Positions 26,189-38,552 of a stretch of DNA of 64,000 nt are shown in pieces (position 1 is the stretch's first letter; each line of letters starts with the position of its first letter). Source of the stretch: Mobula hypostoma (lineage: Eukaryota); the NCBI RefSeq assembly GCF_963921235.1, contig NC_086120.1, positions 27,528,001 through 27,592,000 of the forward strand. The letters are read 5' to 3'. The notes under the pieces are model-generated. The model was not told where the DNA came from and ran no database searches. It worked only from the letters and a program-made list of their open reading frames with translations. The translations under genes and the position numbers were made by a program.

Positions 26189-28399
26189 AACAGGATCACC
26201 TGTGAGCTTGATCAACGACAGAGAAGAGCTGAAAGCCCAGATAGCCATCTTCCACTCATATTTCTTCCGTTCTTATGTACATGTTAGGGTCTAATTTTAA
26301 AATATAGCTTGCACTGTACTTGATCTCCTCTTCTACTCTTCCCACTGAACCCAGGTGCCCCCATGATGGCATGGCAGAGTGAGGGATGTCAGGTACTAAG
26401 ATCGTAGACCATGATGTAGGTATGTTGTGGCTTATTGAGCTGCTGCTGATAAGCCACAATGCCTAATGGAAATTCAGCTTTGAGCTGCTATATTTGTTCT
26501 GTGTCCATCCTTTCCAGTAATGCCTCACAACGCAATGAAAAGCATCATCTTTGTAACGGGAGAATTTTATTGATAGTCAACTCCTATCAATATCATGAAC
26601 AGATACAAGTAAATTAGTGAGGATGAGAATGTGTTCTCTATCTTGTGTTCCCACATGCACTACCTGCCACAAACTGATAGCTATGTCCTTCAGGATTTGG
26701 CTGCAAGTTCCTGTCTCCTATTTCTTACAGACTGAATATTCCCTCTCTTTTTTTCATTATCCCTTCAAGCCAATTTGAAATTCCCTACCGACAGACAAAA
26801 TGCAATATTTACAGAACTCTCCGGTCCCTCAACTATGGAATCCCATAAAACCACATTTACTATTTCAAGTTGTCACAATCAGTATTCTGGCTATCCATCC
26901 AACAGATTTTATCCAGACACTCACAAAGAGCTAAACCACCCCAGAAATGATCTAAAAGACATGACTAAAGCTAATCTCCATGAAACATTAACACTATTTT
27001 CTCTCTCTGCTGTTACTGTATTTCATTATTTTCCATTTCGTTCCAGTGATGATGCCAGAAAACATCGTTCTCTCCCTCAAAAAGGTGGAGGATTAATTGC
27101 AAATTTGAAAACTGAGATAGGTGACTAAATAATGTAAGATTATAGAAGTGAACAAATAAGCAGTTACATATACAGAAATGCAGGTCCACTTCAAAACTCA
27201 AGGGGCTGAGTGGCCTATTTCTGTTCCTCATTTTGTTGCCCAATTATCTTTAATGCTATCCTCTACTTTGATACTACCAGAAAAAACGGTTTATCCTTTG
27301 ATCAGATATCGATCAAATCCACTGCCGGAGGGATCCCATTTCTGCTTTTCATTAAGTCTGTGCAAGTGAAGCAGCTGCGCCTAGTGTTCACACTATTCAA
27401 AAGCATCAGTTTTGTTGTTGACATTGTTTAGTTTGTCGCTGAAATATAAATGGGCATTCATATGGAAGCAATGTTCTGTTGATAAAAGGTGCATTTCTTA
27501 AAACACAAAGCCATAAGTTCAACAATACTCAAAGCAAACAAAACCTGCTAGTTTGTTAGGTGGCAGGAAAACAGAACAAGCACTTTAACTGACAACAAAC
27601 TGCACCAACTTTCAATTTCTGGGAATCTGTTTACATTTCTTGACACATTCCTGCATCTGAAACTAACGCAGCCTGTTTCACTCAACACATTGAAAACAAT
27701 CCAAAACTTATGTACCAAGAAATTCAAATATAAGCCAAATGCACAATTATCCTCCGAACATAAGATCTTTAAGAATTTCACTAAAAAGAATTGGGATATG
27801 GTGAGAAAATTATTCCAAAAAGTGATGGGGGGCGACAAAGGTGCGCAGCGAGTGGGGTAAATTGGTTTGGTACTGATACCCCTGAACAAATATTGATTCT
27901 TATGTCTCAGATTGGTGGGTTGTGGGGGTGAACTTCTTGCATTTATGTGGTATCTTTATTTAGACAAAATATTTCACAGTGCTTTACAAGGTGGATCAGA
28001 GTGGACTCATGCAATTTTTACTGTGCGCTAGTGACGAGGTTCGATGTGATGTTGTGGGAGTTAGGGGCGTTCTCTGCAATCAGGGAGTCAGTGTAGGCTT
28101 GTTGGGTTTAACGTGGAGCATAGGGGTGTCAGGCGGTACGATATGTCAGGGCATTCAGTGACAAATTAATGATTTGGGGTCTTTACGTTGCTGGAGATTT
28201 CAGCGGTTCAGTGTAGGGTCATGGGGTAAGGAGCGGTGAGATCTAGGTTCATTCTGAGTCAACAGTGCCGTGTGGGGGCGGGGTGCTAACTGAGCCGAAT
28301 GGGGTTAATGTGGGTTGGGGAAGAATCAGCGTGTGCCGTAGGGGTAGGTTCGGAATGAGATCTGGCAGTTCAGTGTGGGGTCGACGGGTTCATAGAGGA

Positions 28400-29000
28400 A
28401 TGCAAATAAGCAAATAGGCCCGGTCTGGAGGCCGATAACAGCGGCTCTTGCAAATGTCCCCGTCGGCTCCGGAAGAGTCCTGTGACTACGCGCTAGAGCC
28501 CGTGGACACTCGGCTCCTGTGGAAGTTCAGGCAGCGCCGGCCCCTTTCCACGGCCTGAGGTCCGGGGGCTGCCGCATCCCACCCCCAGCTGCAGCCTCCC
28601 GTGGACAGCGAGCGGCCCCCAAGCAGAGGCGCGGACTCACTCGGGCCGCCCGGGTGATGCTCAGGTCCTTCATCACTTCCTCGAAAGCCGCCGTCTCCTC
28701 CGCCTGTTTCTGGGTGTGGAGAGCGATCTTCTCGCTGAATTTCCGCGGGTTGTTCGACGCCGCCATTTTCCGCAACCGCCTCCTTCATCCTACGCCACCA
28801 CGCACGCACGCACGCAACAACCTCTGCGTCAACACGCAGGGAGGAACAAGCCAGCGGGGGCTTCGCTCGTCCCGTCCTCCTGCAAGTTTGTCCCTCAGCA
28901 GCCAAACCCAAAGCCCGCATTTCTATCCACTAAGCCCACTCTCCATCACCCAGGCAAGCGTGTTCCTCACGAGAGACCGCAGGCGCTTGAAATCTGGAGC
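28400..29000 (-). promoter_or_regulatory. CpG island / promoter of CRTC1; YY1-like motif AAAATGGCGG overlaps the start codon
   Basis: Sharp local rise in CpG and GC around exon 1; cgccatttt at 28761-28769. Confidence 0.75.
28641..28766 (-). CDS. CRTC1: CRTC1 exon 1 (CREB-binding N-terminal domain, 42 aa)
   Basis: Translates [42 protein letters not shown], nearly identical to the CRTC1 N-terminus; ATG at 28766-28764; GTGAGT donor at 28640; CpG-rich context. Confidence 0.97.
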
Positions 29001-29641
29001 AAAGCACAAAGGAGCTGCAGGAACTCGTTGAGTCAGACAGTCTCTGAGGAGGGAAATGGACAGTTAGTACTTCGGGTTGCAACCCTCCGACATTCCAGAT
29101 AAAAGGCTCGACCCGAACCGTCCATTTCCCTTCAGTGCTGCTCGCTGAATTCCCCTAGTACTTTTGTGTGTTACCCCTCATCCAACTCTGACACTGACAA
29201 TCAACACACTCCCGATCCCATCCACGCACCAGCCCCTGCTCTCTCTTCCCAATTCCCTTCTCTATGCACACTCTCCATTTCCTGCACCCTCAAATTTTCT
29301 TTCCCAGCCTCTCTTCCAACCCTATACTTTCAAACTAATCTCCATTTTATTCCTTGCTGAACCTCATGGCCCCATCCATCCTTCCTGAGCCCAGACCCCA
29401 CAAGCCCAGAGTTGACAAGGAATATGGAGTCGTGGCAAGGATCCAGTCTGAGTGATTAGTGTTAGCCCTGGCAAATGGAATACACAGGTAGCAGCAGCTC
29501 ATATCTCAACTACAAGTGTAATATTACATTTTACATAGATGGTTTAAATTAGTGGCAGAACAGTATTCAGTTTCTAGACACAAGTAATTACCAAATATAT
29601 TAGTGTTCAACATTCAGTGCATTTCAACATAGATTCCACAC

Positions 29642-29647
29642 TTTATT
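29642..29647 (-). terminator. Candidate polyadenylation signal (AATAAA) for KLHL26; second candidate at 29346-29351
   Basis: TTTATT on the plus strand between the KLHL26 stop and the CRTC1 promoter. Confidence 0.45.
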
Positions 29648-30309
29648 TCCAGATGTCATAATCACACAGTTTGATTAATTAATGGAAAATGGTCCCAGTA
29701 GCAGCAGAATTCCATGAATTTTGAACAGATTCCAGATTTCTGAAGAATTCCCATTTGCTTTTCTTTGCATTAGGTGGTTTTAAGAGGCTTGTATCAAAAC
29801 TTGATCATTCAGTGATTTAAAAATCAATTTGATTGGGGGGGAAGAAGGCGGGAGAACAACAGGAGTTGGCATGCAAGAGTCGGGCAACACAAGCTACAGT
29901 GAGACATACAAGGCAACAGGGGCTGCAGGCCAGCACCTTGCATTTTGATTTGCTTTGCTGCCCACTCACAGGCTGTATTTAAATCCTTCCAGATCCAATG
30001 GCTTCTTGGAGCTAAATAGGAACTTACTACAATGAATGCAGCACCATGGAAGTAGTGAGCCTATGCATGGTACAAAGCAAAGTAGTGAAGGCCAACTGAG
30101 TAGTCAGCTGTCTTTTCATCCCCAAAATTAATCAAGGTCTCTGGCAAAGTGGTTAGGTGGCTGATCAGTGAAAACTCCTGGATAAAACTGGCTTTGAACT
30201 GATTCTTTACAATTTTGGACAAACAAGTGTAGTGATGTTAACAGATCCATTGGGCTCTCTTCCCAGTCCCCATTCCAGCTTCTTAATCTATCCAGGAGCA
30301 TTACCATCA

Positions 30310-31891
30310 CTATCTCTGTGCTGAAAGCTGTGGAAAGACAACAGGAGCACAGGCAATCCCTGCTAAAGATTCGGGGAAATGCAGGTCCCTCTCCCACTCG
30401 TCTGTCCCAATGTTATAAACCTGCACAACACTTGTCACGTTGTTTAAGTGCCAATTATAACCTCCCACCACATAGATCTTTCTATGTAATACACAGCAAC
30501 CTGCTTCAGACTGGCCTGTCCTCATTGGACTGACACTGGTCCACTGGTCATTCTCAGGGATATAATACTCAACAGCCAGGACATCAAAGCAGTGGTCAAC
30601 ATGGTCCATCCGGCCACCCAAAGCATAGATCCTCCCATTTGCCCCGACCATTGAGTGAAGCACCCGCGGCTCATTCATTGAAGCCTTTTGTTCCCAGAGA
30701 TCTGTTTCAGGATTATAACAGTGAAGAGATTTCTTATCTTCAATGGTGATACCATACCCTCCAGAGATGTAGAGCTTGCCCCCACTGGATGTCCCTGCAT
30801 GTCCCCATGTCCGCCGTTTCAAGCAACATACATTGGTCCATTCATTGCGTCGTGGGGAATAACACTCTACTGTGGAGAGGCTCCCAGAAAGGTTACGCCC
30901 CCCAGTGGCGAACAGCATCCCTTGCAGCACATCCAGCTGGAACTGAATGCGAGCCTCCTGCATGGCACAAATGCGCAGCCAATGACTGAGATGCGGGTCA
31001 TAGCGGAAACAACAGCTGACTGCCCCTTCGCCGCTGCGGTACTGCAAGTGCTGACCTCCCACCACGTACACAAAATTGTCCAAGACAGCTACACAGGCGT
31101 GGCTGCAGCCTATCTCCATCTCGGGCCACTCCGAGAACTGACGGGCATTCCCATCTGCAAGAACAAAGACTTTGCGGCTGACTGTCCTGTTGTTGTCAGT
31201 GTAGGGAGTGCCACCGAAGGCAACTAGGGAGAGGGTATCTGAGCGGATCATAGTTCGGCTGCACTGCATCTCATGCTGTCGAAATGGCAGAATTTGGTAG
31301 TTAAAGGCTTCCAACAAGTACTGACGACACATGGGATCGTCCAGCATTAAGCTTTGTGTCTGGACGCTATCCACTAGCTCAGTGGACTTCATCAAAGGGA
31401 AGCGGATGTGGCAGAGGACCAGGCTGGCATTAGCTAGTCGCGTCTCATCATACTGCAACCACCTGATGGCAGCACGGAATAGGTCAACTTCACTGCAGTT
31501 CTTCAGCTTGTTGCTTTTCAGGAAGAAGACAAGGCGCTCGAGGGGAAGGTGCAGGAAATCCTCCTCCTCTGCAATTTGTAAGAAATGAGCAAAGGTAAAG
31601 GCATCCACTGACTCTTTCAGGGAGGTGAGGCTGAAAGTGGTGGCCATCTGGCCAATGTTGAGGCAAGTCTCCACGCTCATGGCCGACTTTAGGAACTGCT
31701 CACACAATTCAACCACAGGCGTGATCTGCAGGAAGACAGCAGCTCCCAGCACGTCTTGTACGCAGTCAAGGTCCAATGTCACCTCAGCACTGTATGCAAA
31801 ATCAATGATGTGTCTCAGACCCCTGGCAGACACCCCTTTCAACTCAATGACATCTTGGCCCATTTCCCGCATTCCCCCTGTGAACATCGCC
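30310..31891 (-). CDS. KLHL26: KLHL26 exon 3 (BTB/BACK/Kelch repeats to stop); spliced CDS 1812 nt = 603 aa
   Basis: CCCAG acceptor; uninterrupted ORF AMFTGGMRE...ERDLHFPESLAGIACAPV, highly similar to KLHL26; adjacent to CRTC1 as in human. Confidence 0.97.
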
Positions 31892-33406
31892 CTGGGAAGA
31901 AACAGATCCAAAAATGAACCAAACACATAGCAGATGGATGATCATGACATTAACACTTTACTCAATGTAGAGTTTGCTGTGAATAAATCAACTGCTTCAT
32001 TTTTATATAACAATTCAATTCAGAACATCACAAATCTCTCCCAAGTCTTTCCTGCTCCAAGAACAATCAGTTTCTCAAATCCCTCCATTTAACTGTGGAA
32101 ACTCATCCCTAGAACCATCCTAGTGAACCTCTTAAACCTGAAAGTTGATTTTCTCCGGCTGTAGGGGTAACCAGCAATTTGTAAGGTTTTGGTTTGACTT
32201 CACTCTTTTTCTACTTAAACCTATTTATGAAGCCTAGCATCCCTTCTTAACTTCCCTTATCAGCTAGCATTTCCACCTTTAACAATGACCAAAAATGTCT
32301 CTTTCCTCTGCTTCATGTTGTCTCAGCCTATCTAAATTATTTTCCTGAAGTGCAGAATTTCACAGTTTCTGATATTAAAATGTACCTTCAGTCCATTTTA
32401 TTAGTCCTTTATTTTTAGTTCATTCACAGGATGTGGATGTCATGGGCAATTCTAACACTTATCGTCTATCCCTGATCTGAGGCTGTTAAGGTCACACACA
32501 TTAGTCAGTCTGATGTCCCAATCAAGCATCCTGGGTATGGATGGTAAATTTTCTTCCTTGATGGTGGGTTTTTATAATAATCTTGTAGTTTTCTCATTAC
32601 TGAGATGAGCTTTCTTTTTACTTAATTAATTAAACTTAAAGCTCCCAACTCAATGATGGGATTTAAACTTGTATCTCTGAAACTATGGTTCAAGAACACT
32701 GGCTGTTAAAGCATTAGCAACCACTGTTGTGTTGAAATGTGCCTGTATCCCATTTTAGCACTTTGCCATCAATTAACAAATTATACTCTCTATCTTCAAG
32801 CCAAAGCAATTTAAACATAAAAATTTAAGACCAATCACAGGTGATTAAAATTTCCTACCATTCACCATCTCCTTTCCGACAGCCTCTACCACTGCCCCCC
32901 GATATACGTGTTTCTATTTTTGAAGTAAGTTGCCTCTGTTGTACTTATTCAAATGCCTCTGAAAAATCAATATATAATAGGCATCTATTACATAACCTTC
33001 ATCATTCTCTTCTATTGGTTTAAAGAACATAATTTGTGCTCAAATTATTTATGCTCAATTCTCAAAAAATTGATTTAATCTTTGAGGAATTTTATTTTAA
33101 TTATTTCATGTTGGATCGACATTGCTTTTCATTTTAATGCCATCCATCATTAGTTTATTTTTATTCCTCCTACACTTTCCCACCCGCACCAGACAGCACG
33201 AAGGCTTAATGCCAATTGCTGGGAAGGAAAAGGAGCTGAACCAGACACATTCCTTCCATGGCCTCAGCTTAAGTATTTGACCCAGAAGCTGGGTCAGCAC
33301 TAAATTTCCTCTGGAAATATTTCTTATAATAATCAATACCTCTATTTCTTGCTTCAACTCATATTCTTCTGTTGAAACATATCTGTAGAACTCTCTTCCA
33401 CAGCAT

Positions 33407-34057
33407 ACCCTCAATGGCCACCTTGTTAAGTACCTCTTACAGCTAATGTGACCAACTAAGTGAGTCTTAGTGGCTTTCTGCTGTTGTAGCCCATCCATTA
33501 CAAGGTTTGACTTATTGTGCGTTCAGAGATGCTCTTCTGCACACCACTGTTGTAACACAGTTATTTGAGTTACTGTCGCCTTCCCGCCAGCTTGCATCAG
33601 TCTGGCCATTGTCCCATGGGCTCTGATTAACAAGGCACTGTCGTCCAAAAAACTGCCACTTGCTGAATGTTCTTTTGAGTTTCTGAGATACTCAAACCAC
33701 CCCCTCAGGCACCAACAATCATTCCGCGGCCAAAGTCACTTAGATCACATTTCTGTAGCAACCCACACGAGATGCTGATGGAACTCAGCAGGTCGGGCAG
33801 CATCTATGGAATTGAATAAACAGTTGTTGTTTCGGGCTGAGACCCTCTCAGCATTCTGTGTGTGTTGCTCCGAATTTCCAACACCTGTGTTTATAGATCA
33901 TATTTCTTCCCCAATCTGATGTTTAGTCTGAACAACAACTGAACCTCTTAACCATGTCTGCATGTTTTTAGTCACTGATTTGCTACCACATGATTGGCTG
34001 ATTAGGTATTTGCATTAATGAGCAGGTGTACATACACCTAATGAAATGGCTACTGTG
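33407..34057 (-). mobile_element. Second copy of the same Tc1-like family, interrupted by a Penelope-derived fragment (about 33757-33890)
   Basis: Reverse-complement similarity to 4062-4603; degenerate TIRs. Confidence 0.8.
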
Positions 34058-35619
34058 TAAATATCATAATGCAATCTATCCAAAGTAGAGTAATCTGTTT
34101 GCTCTCAGAAAACCTCTTCTCTTACCAACTAAATTTAGCAACCGTGAAAGGCATTGCAACTTAATAAAGCACCCCAATATGTCCTCCTGTTTAACTCATG
34201 TCATTGGATATGTAAGAATGAGATTTGAGGTCAGTAAGTGATATTGCACCCAGACTGACAGGGAAATAGAATGAGACCTGCTGTCGACTGTGAGCAAGAT
34301 CAGAGTTGGGGTCTGAATGCCTGGTATTGTGATGATTTTGATGCTCACTAGGATTTCACATTGAAGTCTTGACAGAAGGAATATATTTGCAGAGCACTGG
34401 TACTTTGTAATTTAGTTTTATCCAATGAATCACAGAGGAGTCAGTACTGCGGCGCAGAAGATTCGCTTGTCAACTCAGTTCCCATTCATGCCAGTTTATA
34501 TTGAATGATTCACTGTTTACCTCATTGCCAAAATTTGTATTATCAACAAATGTTTAAATACTGTTCCCTACATCCAAGTCCGTGATGTTAAAATATAACA
34601 AGAAAAGCAACAGGGCAATTTGGCAGTTACATTTGACAAGAAGATCCTTTTAAAATCAAGTTCAGTGGGCAAAATGTTTCTCTTTCAACTGATTCCAAGC
34701 CCACACCATCAGGTTCAGGAACAGTTACTACCCTTCAACCATCGCAGCGTGGATAACTTCACTCACCTCAGCTCTGAACTGATTCCACAACCTACAGACT
34801 CACTTTCAAGGAGTCTACAACTCATGTTCTCAGTATTTTTTTACATTTTTAAAATTTGCAATTTAACTTATTTTGCACTTTCTTCCTATAGATGCTGCCT
34901 GGCCTGCTGCGTTCACCAGCAACTTTGATGTGTATTTTGCACTTTGTTGTTTGTTGGTCTTTGTGTGTAGTTTTTTTTGTTGATTCCATTGTATTTCTCT
35001 GTTCTACTGTGAATGCCTGTGAGAAAATGAATATCAAGGTAGTATACAGTGACAGACTAACTTTGATAATAAATGTACATTGAACTTTGAACTTTTATTT
35101 GGCAGCCTTCACTATGATGTGGAAGCCGATCCACTAACCCCCTGCTTATATCACATCTCTTGCACCAGTTGTTCACAGGATGTGGATATGACTGATAATA
35201 CCAGCACCTATTGTCCATCCTCAACTGCCCTGAATCCCAGCAGTATAAAGAAACGATTAAACAGGTGGGATACAAAGCATCTCGGCCACCTACATTTAAG
35301 AATGCTTACAAAAAAATGAGAGCACAAACCAAGGTATCTCCATTATTTGAAAATAATTCTGCAACAGTCTGCAACGTTAAAGATGCCACATAAACATAAT
35401 TTGCCGGGCTGTTTTAGATTAACTAACAGAACAGAAAAATCCAAAATGATTATATTATTGATTGCTGTCCACCACCACTTTACAATATATTGTCCACCCA
35501 CTGCATATAACCCATGCCCATGCACATCAACACAAACCCATCCTGGAGCTTCTATCCAAAATGCCTGAATGAATTGGATAACAAGAGTCACAACTGTCTT
35601 TGCAATCAAAGATCTAGAT

Positions 35620-35675
35620 CAGAGGTTCCCACCCTGGTGTCCACGCACCCCTCGGATAAAGGTTGGGAATCCCTG
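35620..35675. mobile_element. 56-bp hAT MITE; related 81-82-bp copies at 2877-2957 and 37613-37694
   Basis: TIR CAGAGGTTCCCA / TGGGAATCCCTG; 8-bp TSD ATCTAGAT. Confidence 0.8.
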
Positions 35676-36667
35676 ATCTAGATCAAAGAGCCAGGACCAT
35701 AAAGTTAAATGCAAAGAACTTAGAACAACAAAGAAATCAAGGCTGTGGATTTTGCTATGAAGTAAGAAGTTGAAACAAAAGCTCAGTCAACATTTGAGAT
35801 TAGATTATGGCATGGGTCAAGGAGGAGATTGGGAACTGGAGTGATACTGAAGGTAAATGTAGAGGGAGCTATATAATCACAAAGAGGGGAAACAATATCT
35901 GATGCAGGATGAGGTGGCCTGTTTCTATATTCTAACATATGGATGTCTGACAAGTATTCACGGGGAGGAAATAAGCGCAAGATGCAAAACAACAGATTAC
36001 ATGATTGACATCCTTTCTAAATCTCATCAGCATACACTTTGTAGCTGTAATATACATCTTCACAATGCAGCAACAACTTTTCACAGCCTGAGGAAACCAT
36101 GGTTTCAAAGATCACTCCAGAGATTTCCTGGTGTTCCAGACTAATTCCTATCCTCCAACCAATATATTTTTTAAAAAATCATTTGGCCACTGTGATTGGT
36201 GGAAGCTTGCTGTACACTAACTGCTAAAACACTTCTTACCTTAATTATTCTTCAAAGGCACTTCAATGGCTGTAAATGCTACGCTGGCCAGTGAAAACTG
36301 CAATATAAATGTGAACCCATCTTTCAACTTGAAGAGTACCTCACCATCCCTGTGACCTCTTTTTCACAGTAGGAATAACACTGGGTGGACCAGATCCTCA
36401 TTCTTAATGACTCCGATCATGGAACCACTGGAGGAATTCAGCATGAGAACTATAGTTAGGAGGAATGAGGGGATCGCATCAAAACATACACAACCAAATC
36501 TTGCTGCATTGTCCCATGGTCTCCATGCGGCCACATTTATCAAGTCCAAGGGCAGAGGAATCATTTTATTGACATGAAGCATCCAGACTCTATCGAAGCA
36601 GGCTCCATACTAACAGGATCTCAGGCAACATCCTGATATCTTCGATGGTCAGCAAAGCTGTGAATAT

Positions 36668-37146
36668 CAACAACCTGATGGCATGAACATTGACTTCTCA
36701 AACTTTCGCTAATGCCCCACCTCCCCCTCGTACCCCATCCATTATTTATTTATATACACACATTCTTTTTCTCTCTCTCCTTTTTCTCCCTCTGTCCCTC
36801 TCACTGTACCCCTTGCCCATCCTCTGGGCTTCCCCCCCTTCCCCTTTTCTTTCTCCCTGGGCCTCCAGTCCCATAATCCTCTCGTATCCCTTTTGCCAAT
36901 CACCTGTCCAGCTCTTGGCTCCATCCCTCCCCCTCCTGTCTTCTCCTATCATTTCGGATCTCCCCCTCCCCCTCTCAAATCTCTTACTAACTCTTCCTTC
37001 AGTTAGTCCTGACGAAGGGTCTCAGCCCGAAACGTCGACTGTACCTCTTCCTAGAGATGCTGCCTGGCCTGCTGCGTTCACCAGCAACTTTTGTGTGTGC
37101 TGCTTGAAATTCCAGCATCTGCAGATTTCCTCATGTTTGCGTTTTT
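36668..37146 (+). mobile_element. Penelope-like element 3' end
   Basis: QPDGMNIDFSNFR* ORF end, pyrimidine-rich UTR, conserved terminal motif. Confidence 0.85.
37004..37041 (+). ncRNA. Minimal type I hammerhead ribozyme motif (Penelope-associated)
   Basis: Stem I TAGTC/GACTG, core CTGACGA(A), stem II GGGT-CTCA-GCCC, GAAAC, palindromic ACGT stem III, GTC cleavage triplet (cut predicted after 37036). Confidence 0.8.
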
Positions 37147-38369
37147 AACATCAATACTTTTTAAATATCTGTTTTATAAGTAGAAATAATTTAAAATATT
37201 AAACTGAAATAATTCAAAATGGAACTTAACTTCAACATTGCTTCTTCTTTACATCTTCATTGATGTAGACGGAGCTATATAATTCCCACGATAAATGCTG
37301 GGGAATCACAGCAAAACTGGTTTGACTACTGAACTCCTTGTGGAGTTGTACGTATTGGGAACACCAATTCTATCGGTAAGTTTGGGATTTCCACATTTGA
37401 AATCCCAGACCAGCTCCCAATTAAATGGGTAAATGCAGGTGGTTTCAGAGTTGATGCTGAGAGACTGGAGGATCTGGAATCAGGGGCCATAATCTTGGAC
37501 ATACAAGCCTGACCTGCAGTAAAACATCTTTAAGCAAAAGGGCCCATCACTGTGTAAAACAGTGGGAACCACTGACCAATCTCACGTAAAGAACAACAGT
37601 CTCTCCTTAAGGCAGGGGTTCCCAACCTTAATTTATGCCATAGGCGCCCTAACGTTAATCAAGGGATCCATGGACCCCAGGTTGGCAACCTCTGCCTTGA
37701 GAGATAAACCGAGAGCCCACCCCAACTCAGAATGAGGGATGTGGCACTTCCAACAATTACACCTTAAGAATAAAGGACAAGTTGACTCTCAATCACCAAC
37801 TCCTAGCACCAATACCAATCTCCCCCCACCATAAAATAAAATGAAAAGGGGAATGGGACTTCATCCCACACCCCTACAAACACAGAATGTGGTATGAAAT
37901 GAGACTCATTAGAATGAAGGATAGGGTGACCTCCTTCCCCGACTCACTCCAGAATGACGGATGGGGCAACCCACAACCTACCGCCAATCTCTTCATCACC
38001 TTACACTCCCCAAGAGTGAGGGATGGAATCCCAGCCATCCCGCTTTCTGAGGGCTTTGTTCTCCCCAGAATGAGTCCTACCTTACCCTTCTTCACCTCAT
38101 TCCATGAATCCCAAAATTCCCTTCCTCTTCCCATGGAATGAGGGACAGTGCCCTACCCTTCTTCCTCTCTCATAGAATGAGGGACAGGATGTCAGCCCTT
38201 CTCCTCGTCCTCCCAGCCACAGAATGAGGAATGGAACCCCACTTTCACACATCTGCAACAAGGAACAGGATCCCCCCAGGGGGCTGGGACCCTGCCAGCT
38301 CTACGGAGCCTGCTCAGCACCCATTCCCTGGTAAACACACAGCAAGCTGAAGTGATGCAGGGAACTCAC

Positions 38370-38552
38370 CGGAAATAGTCACTGCAGGCGGCCAACACTG
38401 CGCGGTGTACCCGAAATATCACCGCATTCACCATTAGCACCACGTCCAGGAGCTGCTCGTGGGCTCGGAGTGCCGACAGGCCCTGCAGGAGGCTGGCACT
38501 GTGCCCTGGGGCTGAGAAGGTGTGACGCAGGGCACATCTCTTCGCAGCTATG
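38370..38552 (-). CDS. KLHL26: KLHL26 exon 2 (183 nt, start of BTB domain)
   Basis: CCACAG acceptor, GTGAG donor; translates IAAKRCALRHTFSAPGHSASLLQGLSALRAHEQLLDVVLMVNAVIFRVHRAVLAACSDYF(R). Confidence 0.95.

Noticed and set aside
28486-29102. Several overlapping 128-170-aa ORFs at the CRTC1 5' end
   Set aside because: Stop-poor CpG island; only the 42-aa exon has homology and a splice donor
31892-31926. N-terminal extension MFGSFLDLFLP of the 538-aa ORF
   Set aside because: Intronic polypyrimidine tract; the exon starts at the CAG acceptor (31891)
30688-31930. Plus-strand ORFs antisense to KLHL26
   Set aside because: Shadow ORFs of a real coding exon with no independent support
36364-36582. 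Possible extra KLHL26 exon
   Set aside because: No recognisable homology; exons 2 and 3 already join in frame to give a full-length protein
37728-38240. CRISPR-like repeat-spacer array
   Set aside because: Vertebrate intron, short degenerate cores, irregular spacing, no cas genes
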